A stretch of DNA of 64,000 nucleotides from Phallusia mammillata (taxonomy: Eukaryota). Below the pieces are notes generated by a model. It made no database searches and was not told where the DNA came from. It was given only the letters and a program-made list of their open reading frames with translations. The stretch lies in NCBI GenBank assembly GCA_965637545.1, contig OZ281495.1, positions 30,566,001 to 30,630,000 on the forward strand, read 5' to 3'. A program made the position numbers and the translations under genes. Below, one piece after another: positions 13,920 through 28,200 of the stretch (its first letter is position 1; every line of letters starts with the position of its first letter).

Positions 13920-16216
13920 TTTTTCTTTCTTTAAGCGAGGAGTTTATAACTCAGTAAAATCTGATGGGTTGAACTAAAGTAAAGTAACCGACTCCCCAAG
14001 TCTACAAACCAAAAAATGCTAAACAGACTTGCAATCAAAACAGGCAGCTAAAAAATGAAACGAACAACAAAGAAGTTTCAGTTCGTTGCAACTAAAATAT
14101 CAGTGAGGAGAGAAATCGATTTTTTGACTGATTTTAGGTTTAATAAAAAATGTTAGTATAAACGTGAATCGTTATGTCTTTCACAAATTGCTGTCAAAGT
14201 TCGAAACCCCGCGAAAATCAGGTGAATATTATTTGGAGTTGGATTTTTTTTAAAACATATCTTTGAGGTAAGCTAATCTACATCGATATACTCTTTTTCT
14301 ACGATTTGTTTTACCGAGCGAGCTATTTTCAACTCAACTCTAAATGTTCATTATAAGTCGACCATCGAGCCGTTGCCCCATGTACAAGCCCATTGCATGT
14401 TTCATTGTTTTTTTGGACCTTGTCCTGTTGGTGTTTTTAATTTGGTTTCTCCCACCACCACCAGGTGCAGTTGCACTGGGTTGGAGCAATGGTGCTTACG
14501 TTTTTGTTTGTTCATGAAATCAAGTGCAGGGTGTGATGAAAAAGCAGGATATTTCAACTAATCTTGATTTGACTGACAGTTCAGAACACCTGGATTGAAA
14601 ATGAATATCTCAGCAATGTAGTCAATACATTGATCTGCTGGAGTATGATTAAGTATGCAACAAACTTTTAATAGTCAGTAAAAGTTGTTTGTTTTTGCAA
14701 AACTACATACTGTAGTTCTTTATTGGTTATTTGTTTTTGTTTTTCATTGTATGCTTTTTGTGATAGTATATTTTTTGTTTTGCTAAAAGAAAACCTTCAT
14801 TTAAAAGTAGTTGATTTTAGACCCTTATGATTGATTGGTTTTGCCCCAATTTTTGTATTTTGTGTTCATATGGGTAATTTGGTAGGCCTATAATTACATA
14901 AGTTATGTAATATAAACTCTAACACATTGTTTACTGGTTTGCAGATATCATGTTCAACCATTGGCTGTATTATTTTGGTCACCACTTTATTTATTACATT
15001 AGAAGATTCTAAACTCTTCATGGAGAAATGGAATAATGAGTAGAGGGGGAACTGTTGTGGAATTCATAACATGTTGAACAAAGAATCCATTGCTTTATCA
15101 GTTACTTGTGTCAATAAAAGATGTTTAATGCTTTCCAAACAAACTAATTTCAAGTTCTTACACTTAAATGCAGGTAAGAAATACAAAATACTAACTATTT
15201 ACATTTGTTCATGCAGTGTGTTTTTATAAACTGTGAATATCTCTGTTTTTATGTTTTTAACATTTTGATAAACATTTTACTTTTAGTAATATTGTTGCAG
15301 AATAATTTTGATCAATCAAATTGCACGAACAGTTTTAATGTGTTGACGAAATGGAATCTGAATGTTAGGTTTCAAAGTCAAATCTTATGCAGAAATAAGA
15401 CTACATACTCAGGCCTTTGAAATATAAATGTTAAATTCATTGATTTTGTATAGCTTGATTGCATTATGCTCTTTCTCTTCATTAACAATTTCTTGTGTTT
15501 ATTTGGGACTACTTTAATTGTTTTATACACAATTTGACCTTGTTTAAAGTTTTACTGTAAAAGGAAACTGAGCACCTCCAACTTGATTGTATTGTCTTCA
15601 ACAATTGTCAGGTAAATATGTACTCTGCAAAGTTATAGGTTTAATATACCAAGTATGTCGTTTTTAAGTATAGTGTTACTGTTCTGCAGTTTTCATGCAT
15701 TTTGCCAGGGATTTTAGGATATTTGACAAATTAAGGTGATCAAAAGCTAAGATAATGTCGGGTTTCGACCTTGTGGGTGTCATTGCATTGAACCCAATCT
15801 GCAACCGAACTAGGTTGGACTGCAAGAAACTTTCAAACCTCAATAGTGGTGCGTTTTTTTTTTTATAAAGATGTACAAAGCACGATTATCACAAGTATTC
15901 GGTGCACACATGCACGTAATAATGGCGCAAGCGCGAGGCGCCGAATGGTGTGAAAGAAGAAAAGAACGTTAAAATAGTGTCAAAAATGAGAAAAGGCACT
16001 GTGTAGCGCGAAAATCGGTCCCGAAAGACCACTACAAATTGGAGCATGACCAAAAACTGTACGATCTCAGGTGTTGCTCTTTAATTTCTCCATAGTTTGC
16101 TGGTTGCTCAACAACAACTCGAATGTTATGCTGGACTTCTGTGACGTCACAATTGACTTGCAGGTGACTCTTTAGAAGAGAATTTTTCTGTTAAATGCAG
16201 AAATTTCAGGGGTTTT

Positions 16217-19200
16217 TCAGTTTGGTGGTGGGTCAGTCATTCCTGGAGGGATCATTCCCGCTTTTGAAAGCTTCCTTAGTTGCACCAACGACATTCGAGC
16301 TTGCTGGCGAACACGCGACTGTCGTGAGCTGAAACGTTTAAATAAACAGTTTTTGTCATTTCCTTTTGACTGAAAATAATTAATCGAGCCTTGGTAAACT
16401 AAAAACCGAATAGTTTTGCAACATTAATTCTACAGACGGTGAACTGCTACAGTTAACTAAGAAGTCAATAGCTACTAATTAAAAATGTATTAACTATTCT
16501 CGACACGGAGTGTTTGTAGTATTGTTTATTCCTGGTTAATATTTCTGTCCAGAAAATGAAAGGACGAGAAAAATAAGCAGAAGTTTCTAAGCTTTTCGTG
16601 AGCACGGTTCAAATAGTTTTACCTGTAAAATAAGCTTGGTTGGTTCGAAGGTGGTTTCGCATTTGCTTGAAGAGTCTGATAAATTCCGTTGAAGTCGAAC
16701 TTGTAAGCGTATCTCTTGCCGTGGACCTTTGTCATGAGACTTTTGTCGTAGTAATATCTATCAGACAAAAAACACGTGAATATAGGTTTCCAAGCGTGTC
16801 CACAGCGAAATACCAGACCACCGCGAAATTTAGTGAAACGTTGAATGATTTAAGCTGGCATTTTTAAGTTCATTACATTGCAACTAAATCTTTACTATAT
16901 AAGCAGTTGCTGCCAAGCATAATATCAACTAGAGCTCCCTGGCAATTCTATTTTATACCGACGTTTCGACGTCCTGTAGCCTACAGGTCGCCTTCATCAA
17001 GGTAAATAACACTGAATGCTCGTAGTTTAGTGCACGACAAAGAAAAAATAGCATCAAACTTTACTTTTAAAAAACAACAGCAAACAAACCTTAGAGCTCT
17101 GCTTAGTTTGTCGTAGTTCATGTTAGGTTTGCTCTTTCGCTCCCCCCAGCGGCGAGCCACTTCGTCAGGATCTACCATCTTGAATTGGCCGGTCACCCCC
17201 TCCCATGCAATACAAGGTGCGTTTGTTGCAATCGTTAATAACTCCATGAGGAACTGCCACAGTTGAATTTGACTTGAACCTGAAAAGAGTATTATAGTGT
17301 TGGTCTTGTCGTGCTTTGTGCAATCTAGATTATCAGACATTTAAAAACCTAAAATTGCAGTTTTGCACCTGCTATGATTTTTCATTCATGTACATTACTG
17401 CATGCTGAGCCCGCCTTATTTGCACAAAACAATAAGATATATCTTTCCTTAAAGGATTTGTTTTGCAGAAAGTCGTTGCCGTTATTAGACTTTACTTAAG
17501 TGTTTAGTATTTCCAATGAAGTTACAAAGACTACAAAAATAGCCCAGAGAATGACAAATCGACACAAGGGGAACCGGTGAATAGATTAAGTCATATTCCT
17601 TATTGAAATACGATATTTTTGAGCAGTTTTAAATTGCTTTGACGTGACGTGGTTCCCCTCGCGGGAATTCGAATATTACCGAGGGTCGATTAAGTGAGGC
17701 GGCCCAGTCAGTTGAGGTAAAAAGTAGTTTCTGCTGGAAACAAGCAACCCCTGGGGAGCATCAGACTTTACACTCTAAAAGGGCCTTTCAGCGCACATTG
17801 CGGTGATTTGGGAAATGTTAAATCTTTATATATCGTTGCACAAATCGATTTTAAAGGTTTTAAGTTATGATGTGCTAAAATTCGGTACTTTGCACTAGTT
17901 TTTTTTTTAGTTAAGGGTCTTTTTAAAGCTCTAATCGGTCATTATACATGCGGAAGTTTTTATTAGGACTTGAACTTGGGCTCGTAATTTTCACAGAATA
18001 TGTCCAAGGCCAATTGCATTTAGTGAAGTTTTTTGAATCGATAAATCTGTAGCACATGTTGTAATTTCGCAAAAGGGTATGACTCAAAATGGACTAAGAC
18101 TTGTGACTCAGCCAAACAATATGCCATGGCAATATTGAGTGAATATTTGGGTGCAACCAAAACACATGAAAGTTTGAGAAAACACTGAAAGCAAAGACTT
18201 GACTTTACTGGTTAACACATTATTTGTTTGTGACGCTTTGAATGCAAGGTTGATTTGGCTGCAGTCTTACCCGGATTGGATAGTTCCATGCAAATTGGTC
18301 CGAATAGTTTGTATGGGTCTTTACAGTCAGGTTGACGAGCCTGAGCGGCTTGGAACGGATCAAGGACACCGTTCCCGAACGGTCCGTTTGTTGGAGAGGC
18401 TGATAAGTCTGAACAAGAAATTTAACGATTACTTTTGTGTTCATTCACAATCAGAAAAGGGGGTCACACATGACACGACGAAAAATCGTCTTTATATTAC
18501 TTATCCCTAAGCGTTTTGTGCATATTAAGCTTACAACGAAATCAAGCCTAGTTCTTCCTTTTTTAACAATAGCGGGGTAAGAAGCGATGTTCGTTTCATG
18601 ACTAAACATCGGCTTTGTGGCACTTATTTTAGAGCATTTTGCCCTATTTTACATCAAACAAAATTAGTCCATTTCTTACGTTGTTTGAGTACAGATAGCT
18701 TCTTGAGTATAATTTCCGAGTTGTCTTTTGACGTGACGCGACAAAGATCTCGCATCGTCATTTGGCACAACTTGTAACCGTCGGTGGAAGCGAACTTCTT
18801 CAGTTCTAAATCCTTGAGGTTGTACTCCTTCGTTGCCATGAGCAACCATTCTTTTACGTGACTTCGTGTCCACGTGGTCGGGTCTGTGAATTGAAAAATA
18901 AATAAAATATTCATGCAAATTTGCTAATACATCAAAGACATGTAAAATACCATTTTAAATCTTTTGGGAGAAAACTGAAAACGTTAATTTTCGTAATTCT
19001 ACCTTATCTGCGATGTCTGGTTAAGTGCGAGTTTTATAATAATAAAATGGTTGGGAAATTGTGCTACTAAAATAAACCCCCAACTCGCCTGAAGGAAACA
19101 AGCTTCGTTTGTGCTTTTCGGGGTTAAGGGTGACATTAGGGGGCGGGGGACTTCTTCTCACAAGCCCGTTCCCGCTAAAAGTCGATGTTTTCGTCACAGT

Positions 19201-22200
19201 GGCGGTCTCCCCCCCAATCTCCATGGCACTTGTGGTCTCCAAACTCTCGATTTTCGGCAGCGATAACAGTCCCATGACATCATTACTGGTGACGTCACCA
19301 AGGAGCGGGTCACCTAGTATTGAGGAGGTTGATGACGACAGAGAGGACGATGACGACGACGCCAGTGACGTCATAGGCGGTAATACGTCAGGAAAGTCGT
19401 CGTTTTCGGAAAGAGTCCCGGGAAGGGAAATTTGGTCGGGTTTTATGATTGACAACGGTTCGTGTAGGCTGGGTACGGACATTCTCCGCTGGAAGGCCCC
19501 GTTCGTGTGAGATTCGACCTCGTCCAGATCGGCGGAGTCGGGAACGAACACCTGCTCTGCCTGAAACGGATCGGGAGGCGTGTGCTGAATCGGATCGTGC
19601 GGTAAATCCGTGGCGGTAGAACATAACACGTCCAGGTGGCTGCTGTGGCTGTTATTTCTGGGAAGGGAGAGATTTGGTGATTAGTAGACTGACCTGCAGT
19701 GAACCAAAGACTAATATGCTTTCGTTTCGTTGTACGTCATCGAATGTAACTTTATCAGTATGAAGTGATGTTCAGAAACGAAGTAAGAAGCTAATAGCGT
19801 TTTGTAGTTATGAAAATGGCGACGAAAAGAAAAATATTTCAGCAACCTGGCTTTTTGAAATACACATGCAACAATGAGTGTGAACTTTTGTTCACGACCA
19901 AATGATGCCAAACATGTGGTATCAGCACTATTTCAACAGGAAGAATTAATTCAAAACAAACGCAAAGACAAAAACAAACTTGTACCTGTGGTTGTGATTG
20001 TGGTAAGGAAAGTTGCAATAACCCGGCGATGTGCAACAAAACGGACTTTTACACGATCCCGGTGAGATCGCGATGTTTGGGGGGTAATCGCCCGCCGATG
20101 AACACATTATGACGTCATCAATCGTTCGATTGTCCGGCATTGATGACGTGGCAGGAGTTGATTCGCCGAACATGATGTTGTTTGACAACATGTTTAAATC
20201 GATGAAGGGGTTGTCGATAACGCTCGTTTGTGACGCAATAGTGGGTTTGACGTCGAGCGCGTCCATATCGGATTGTGACGTGTAAGGGAGAGTTGTGACG
20301 CCACAATAGGCTTCTGGAGCTTCAGGAAAGCTGTTGTCTGTCGAGTGAAGCCTGGAAGAAACAAAAAGATTGTTGTACCCGACGTTTTACCAAAAAACGT
20401 GCAACAACCCAAGTTTTTCTACTCTTGACAGCACCCCTGGTTTAATTTTAACACTGCTGCGAAAAATTGCCTTTCTATGAACAGAAAACCTAACTGCGAA
20501 ACTTTCAAATGTTGGGATACTCTAATTTCCATACTAAAGTTTTTGGAGTTTAGCTCAGTAAACCTTCCCATATGTATTCAGACTGTGACCGCAACTGTCA
20601 AGTAATTTATCATTCATTGCCTGTGTGACAGATGTGTAAGAAGTAAGAACCCGGATTCCCGTGCAAACAAATGAGACAGTAGCCTAGACTGCTGCCCCTA
20701 AACTCCCCTCTTTGATGTCTTGAGGTAGACTTGGCGGCGACTGCAGCCGGCGTGCGAGGCTACAGTGCGTCAAAGGTCAAGTGCTAGAGGTCAAAGGTGA
20801 AACCGCAGCAAGTATTTGACAATAGGGAAATTGCATTACCCAGTAGCAGCCTGGTTTGTTTTTGTTCAAACACGATCGTATTTGGAATGAGACCCCAAGT
20901 ATTATGTCGCTTGAATGTAGCGGTTGAGGTAGGGAGTTTCAATTTAACCACAGACAGTTTTTAGGCTGTGCTGGAATTCGATTACGAACGAAACAATGCG
21001 ATGGAATTTCTCGGGTTTGAGTCGGTTGCTGAACACAGCTGTAAGGTTCGATTTTATGCATAAAACCTAGTCGCACAAGGCAAACATTCAGCTCCTATTC
21101 CTACAATATTTCAGCATTTACAAAACTTAACTTAGCAATACATCTCCGTGCTATTATTGCTGGCCTTGCAAATAGGTTTAAAATGAATTGTGTTAGTTTA
21201 TGAGCCACTTTTGTGGCTTGTAAGAAAAGGTTTAAATTTGACAAGAAAAGGTCCCTAATATTTGGGACATTTCGATTTACTTGACCAAGAATGGTACATT
21301 CTCAGTGCGAAACCATCGATATAATCCAATAGCGAAAATACAAGGTCTTAAGCAATTCGTATTTAACATGACACGTCCTTTACACCGGCTATGTCATGTC
21401 ATATCACCCGTTTAAAATACCGCACACGGGGCTTGAGAAACACTTAAAGCTCAAACAGCATGTTCCGCCCAAATGCAACATCGAATACACCCACTTGGTA
21501 CCTTGTCCAGGTGTGCTAAGTGCTTTAGCGCAAAAGAACGACGTCTCGAAATTGAAGACTTAAGCTTGGCGCGAGGCAAAAGGTTTTTGCGAATTCGCTT
21601 TCTCAAGCTAGATTGGGTTTCAGCGAAAACATGAGCAGCATCGAGTTGCTGAGCAGTTTAGCGGACCTTACAAGGCGGTGGCCGGGCCGCCAACGATCAA
21701 TTTGACTCTTGCTCGCTTATCACGACCTGTTATCAGCGCTCAACGAAGCATGGCGTTTCAACTGCGGCCTTTCTGGTGGTTTTATGGTCCAGTGAACGTC
21801 GCTTTTTTTTCCATTGCGGCGTTTCAAGCAAAGTACTTCAATTTATTGATCTTGGCCTTGAAAGCGTATTGACCTCTGGGCGTTGTGAAATGGTTTTCGA
21901 CGCTTTTAAAAACTGCCTGTTATCTTGCAACAAACAATGGGTGGTTTTGTTTGGAATTTTTAGTGGCTTATTAGTCAAATAAAGAGTCATAAGCGCTTGT
22001 GTAAAACGGTTTGTAATTTGCCATGGAGCATTGAGTAGGATTTCTTCACAAACACAAAGTGCTTAAAAAAAGACAGCGCCTGAATTTTAAATTACTGCTA
22101 TTTTACTATGATCGTTGTTGAAAAATATAATAAGAATTAAAGATTAGGATTGTAAAACCTTATTTTTTTTATTTTTTTTTCGTCATTGCCACCCCACAAA

Positions 22201-25200
22201 ATTTTCGCACAGAAACTGACAGAAAAAATCTGACTTTATTTGCGTAAGTGACACATCGCTTACCCTACAAACAGCCATAAGCGTTTAATTTAGTCACACA
22301 AAAAACGTGTATAACATGAAAGCCGTACATTATCACACCTGGGAAACTGTAAATTACGTTTTAGGCAAATCAGCAAAAATTTCGGTCCTAAAATTTTGAC
22401 ACACCCCAATGTACATAATCAGCCATTACTTCAAGCGACCACAGACAGTGGACCGCAGGACGAAGTTTCAAAAGCCCCAAAATGGAATTAGGCCTACATA
22501 ACAGTTAATGTAGACACTGTATGTTTGTGTAGTTTTTTTTCCACCACAGGCTATCCAAAAGAGCACATGTATTAATAAGGTTGTATACATATTTCTTATT
22601 TTCAAAGTTTTAACATTCTGAGGTAATGGGTAATGTCTTTATTGGATCCGAAATGAGAAGTAACAGTTTACCAACTCAAGTGTGCTTGTGGGGGGCTGGA
22701 CGCCTTTACGGTTTTAAATCTGGTAAAATCAACTCACGAAATACGTTTTACTTTCACACTTATATATATATCACGTGACAAAAACTGATAATCCGGCATA
22801 TATGATTTCTATTCTTTTACCTTTTTATTTCGATGACTCGGCTGTCCACCACGTCACCGGCATTACGTTTCATGCCACAGCGTTGGTATCCAATAGCAAC
22901 GGGCGCTAGTGCATTACTTCGGTGGATGAGGGGGCGGCACACTGCAAAGTTGATCACATCACAAAAAAATTTAAATATTTTTTTACTATTCCTGGGAAGA
23001 AATTGAAGTATTAGATAAAGCGTAAAAATGAGAACGAAACCTTTATTTTTTTTTACTTCTCGGGCAGAATAGCGAAAAAAAATTTCAAGTTTCTTATTTA
23101 ATATGTTTACCTATTTTTGAGCAATTTGTGGGGGGGGAAAGTTCATAAAAAAGTAAAAAGGCAAATAAAGAAGCATTGCAAACCCTTTTATAGCAAATCT
23201 AATAGATATTCTGAACCAATGTAACCAGCTAAGATGAAACACATTCATATTGGGATCAGCCCTGAAGCGTCGATGCAGACCACCGATCACGGCATACATA
23301 TCGATAAATCATAGTACGCCAGGCCAATGTAACCAGTATAGATTTGTTAGAGAAAATGTCAGCAGATCCACCAAAAAGTTTATGTTGTTTTTATTTAACT
23401 ACATTAAAGTAAACTTCGAACATTAAAATAGGCTCAATGTCGCCCTAATCCAAAATTGACGAAATACCTTCCTTGCCTGGTACTGTTTTAGTTCAACAAG
23501 ATATCATATTAGACCCAGATTGTTTGAAAGATAGTATTCGTACAAACATAAACTAATTTGTGATTCATTCATATCTGGTACTCGAAAACCGGGCGCCCTT
23601 GCTCCTGTTGGTACCGATAACCAATTGACTCATACTCATGCTTGGGTTCAAGTTGAGTTCACACGTAACAATGGCACTTGTGACGCGCCAAAGACATAGA
23701 ATGCTCCGGTTTCAAAAAAACGAACGTCAGTCCACTTTTCAGCAAAAAACGTGTTATCCTCAAAAATAATGTCTTTAAACTTAGTCGTGAGTACTTTAAA
23801 CAGGTACTGAGAAAACCTTTGGTATTGTGTAATATACGTCTCGTTGAAAATACTGAACAAGCGTTTCGTCCACCAGGTTGCATATTTAACAAATTTGTCG
23901 TTCAACATATGTGAGAGTAAAAAAAAATACTAGTTGTTTTTCTGTTCACCTTCACACAACGACTAAATACGTCTAGTAGGTAAATATGCCAGAGTGTTAT
24001 AATATGACTTCATTATTTCTGTACATTACAAACACTGTTTATGTTTGTCATAATTAGGAGACAATCACAATGGTCAGACAATTGAAACATTACACCGGAA
24101 TAGGATGAATATATTCAACTATGCACCAAATATAGCTGAAAGGGAGCAAAGATCAAATTAAAGATTGTCTGAACACACAACACAATGTACAGTCCATCAT
24201 TTCGGTTTGGGTTTATAAAGACAAGCAACAAATCGGGTCTTGTTATGTCGTCACAAGCAGCCCTTTGTTGACAGAACAAACAGGTTAAAAAAACTGAATC
24301 AAGTCGACCAACAAAAGTACAATCCAGCTTTTTGCGGCGCTTTATGACGCAATAAAGGAGATCTGTTACAACACAGTTGACGCTTTGTTCTTCAATCGAG
24401 GAAATCCGATAGCAGGTTTTGAGAAATGCATTTGACCCAGCAACGATGCATTGCAGGCTGCTGCGTTTGACTTCGGCAGTAAACAAAAAACTAGCCTCAG
24501 CGCTTTGAACGCCGCCTCGCCAACAATACATCAGAATTTATCATCTAAAATGCCTAAGGCACGTTACTCATAATGCTCGCAGATTCAACAAATATACTTT
24601 ATAAACTGTACAAGAAATATGAATTCTATCTTTTCAGAAAAACACAAGTTTGTATCACAGAACAGCATAACAAACCAATCTTTTTTTCTTACATCAAGAT
24701 CTTACTAATTTGGCATTGTTTCTATCAATTTATCAGGTCATTGTAAATTTATCAGGTCATTGTAAATAAATCACCTTTCGTTTTTTTCTGGTTTACTCCA
24801 ATCTTGAAATAATATATAGTCTGTAATATAACTTTCATCATCAACCAACAGTAAAAAAGAGAAGCATTTTCAAGTAACAAAGTACAAAAGCACAAAACAA
24901 ACTGTCTTTGGACACGCCAAATTCAGGTACTTGCGCAACACCTTAACTGCATGCCCTATAATATGACAAGGAAAAGCCTTTGTAAGCCGTTTAATAACCT
25001 CGAATAATGGCAAGGCAAACGCACCACGCCTAAACCGCAGAGGATTAGCCACAACTGAGCCGTTCGTGTTTCGTCAATCTAAGGTTAAAGTTCAGTGATG
25101 TTATGAGCCCACAGACGTTTAAGTGTTTTGCGCAACTTCGGCCTAACAGCTTTGCAAAGCAATGTCAAGGTTGCTTCAAGTTAAGCATTTAAAAAAGATT

Positions 25201-28200
25201 TTGTATAACTATTTTGTTCGTACACTTTGGGCCTTTTTTCTAATCCACGACATTCCAATAACCAAATTAAAAGGATTAAATATTTTTACTTCATACTGTT
25301 TTTATTCGCATACATTTTCATTAGACCCATGAATGAATATAAAATTACGAATGCCTAAAAAGATAAAAAAAACACTGTGCATGGAAAAATTCATATACGT
25401 CAAGACTTCAAATACATGGTCGACCTCAAGCTGTTTATAAGTCCAACCAGTGGTGGGGTTCAAACCCACGACCTTTGGCACTAAATACCGAACTCCTGTC
25501 GAATATACATCATCTAATACTTAACATGGTCATTCATTGAGCATAACGCAAGTGATAACAAATATTTAAAGAGACGTTCTAAACTGATGATTGCTGCATT
25601 ACCAGTACAAAGATTAGGTCATGAACGAAAAAAATTTAAGAACGCACAAATAAAATGTAAATATTTTTTAAAGTTAAGCTACCGTTTCGTCAGTTGATCT
25701 TTAGCAGCAAGTGCAAGAACACATCTTACAGGCAAAAATATTGCACACAGAAAAGAATATAACATTGTCCACTGATTTCATTTAAACACTAATTTTCGTT
25801 TTATACAATAGATTGGAAAACGCTTTAACGTCGTGTCAAGGTCAACTTTCCACATTTGTAAAATAAACTTTCCACATACATTTGTAAATAAGAACTTTGT
25901 AAAATAAAACTGAGTAAAGAGTTCCTTTCACTTTTACCGCCAAAGCAATCTTACTGAAATCAATTTTCGACATAAAAGTGTAACGACCTTTTTGCAGAAT
26001 CGTATGCTGAAAATCCCAACGCTATGAATTTAAGAGCACTTAAACTTTGTCTTTTCGAACAAACGCAGCGTCATAAAAGCATTGCCTAGCTTTGTTCCAG
26101 GGCTGTGCAGAACAAATTTGACATGAAAGAGTTTAATTCTGGCCAGACACGCCGACTTCAGGAACTCACGCTTGCCAAACACTTATTTTCGATGGCAAGG
26201 AGCCAATTGTTCTATGTTCATGGAATCATGAAGCAACTGGTGAAAGATAGACCTATGAGACTTGGTATGTGTTGAAAGACTGTTTCATCGTATCTCAATC
26301 ATTCATAAACTTTACCCAGTGGATTACAAGTTTACCAAAAAGGGCTGTTTTAACATTTAAAACAAAGAGGTGTATCAAAATCACCACATAATACTTCAGA
26401 TCAAAACAATCGCTTGTCTATATGAGCTGATCCCAGTACTGAATACAGGTGCAAAGTTATAACTTTAAAATCATCACAATTTTAGTTTATGCTTATTCTT
26501 TGAAACGTACAACTAACGCTTTGGATATCAAAAATTATGATGAAAATGAAAAGTTAGTATGCCTTGTGGGTAAACCTTCACCGATTTGACGGTTTTATAA
26601 GACCTTGTCTTTGATCTGAAGTACCTACTGGCTGAAACAGTTATAGATTTCCTGTACACTGAGTCAACATCCTAAACTTGCCTTCATCCTCCACCATAAA
26701 CATGTGGTCAACGAAAAAGGCCACAAATATCCTTGTTTAACTTGTTACCTTTCCGTTGGCGAAAGTAATAAACCTTTGCCCTAATATGAAACTTTCAATT
26801 TTCTTAACAAAATTGATGTTTTTTGTAACGAATGTATTAAAACGTGGGTACACAACGGTGTATTCTTCTAACAACTGTACTACCTGTTTAAAAACAACAT
26901 TTTTGTAATGTTTCTAGAACGGTACACATGCTTAACACAAAAGCATTTCCGCCTATCAAACTATCGCTGTATTGGATACGAAATATCGCCTGTTCAAAGT
27001 TTGCTCACCACGTACTGCCTCAAATTATCCACTAAACAACATAAATCTTCAGTTCTACAAATCATGTTATACATGTTCAACACAAAATCATTTCCGTCAA
27101 ACTATCACTGTATCGAATACAAAATATCGCCCGTTTTTCTTACGTTCAAAGTTTTCCTTACAAGCTCTACACGTACTGCCTGAAACTCGGCAGTAAACAA
27201 CAGAAATTTTCAGTTTTACAAATCATGTTGTTGTTTTGGGGCAAAGTGCAGACATCTCATCCACCAACCCCATCCCCGTGTCCAAACCAAATGTGACTAA
27301 TCGAAAAAAGTCAACAGAATCGCAACCCACGCCCTGTGATCTCACCTGAGTAAATCAACGACCAGACTGCCTCAATCGCAACATAATATTATGATGTCAT
27401 AAGCGTCTCTTGTTCGTCACAATGATCACGCGCGGATCGAGTTCAACAAGTGCGTAATGAGCATTGTTGTGTCACAATCCGCCGGATGATTGCCCGTCTC
27501 GCATCGCTTGAGCCGTGTCACGTGGTGTAAAGGCAGCAACAAATCGTGCCCAGTTGCCGGGGTGATAATTATATCGGTTGATAGCAGGGTAATTATCGGG
27601 CAAATATATGAATGGTACTTCGGCTCGGCGCGGGTAAATTGATTTGCAAAATTTCGCCAGTCTATATTATTAAGCGGAAATTTCACATCATTACAGGTAT
27701 GTTAACTTGTAGACGACCGCCCTATTGACCACGATAGCAGGGTAATATTTTGTAAATCGCTTTTCAGCAAACTCCACCTTAATTGAAATAATCATAACTA
27801 ATGTGTGCTCGCTTTAACGGAGTTTTGCTTTTGTTGCCCTATACGCAGGGTTGTCATACCGTCCTTATTTCCAAGATTTATCCTTGTTTTTGTTTTGTCT
27901 TGAGTCCGTATTTTGTGTTATTTTCAACAACTACAAGGAACAGACTTAATGAAATGAAAATTAAATCCCTGCAATGTAAAAGTAAACCTAGACCTGAGCT
28001 GTCGTGAGATGCACAAAGTATTTTCTACGAACAAAAAGTTGCTGTAATAGATTGTTTCTAGCAAAATATATGCCATGTGATTTGTCATGGCTCGTATAAA
28101 TACAAACATTTGTTCAAAAGCGTTTGTTTCGTTTCATATGAAATTTAATTTTTCGTTTGTCCTTATTTCGATGGCTATACGCAACAATCTAAACGTCTAA

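Noticed and set aside
19003-19016. Possible 14-nt micro-exon (CAG|ACATCGCAGATAAG|GTAGAA) in the ERG GC-AG intron
   Set aside because: Inclusion would shift the frame relative to the PNT exon; there is no phase-compatible alternative acceptor.
19109-19510. 133-aa + strand ORF and other overlapping ORFs at 19388-20412
   Set aside because: Alternative-frame or antisense shadows of GC-rich ERG exons 2-3.
23216-23336. 13-bp direct repeat CCAATGTAACCAG flanking ~95 bp
   Set aside because: Only two copies, and the interior has no element or coding hallmarks; not a CRISPR array and not convincingly a TSD.
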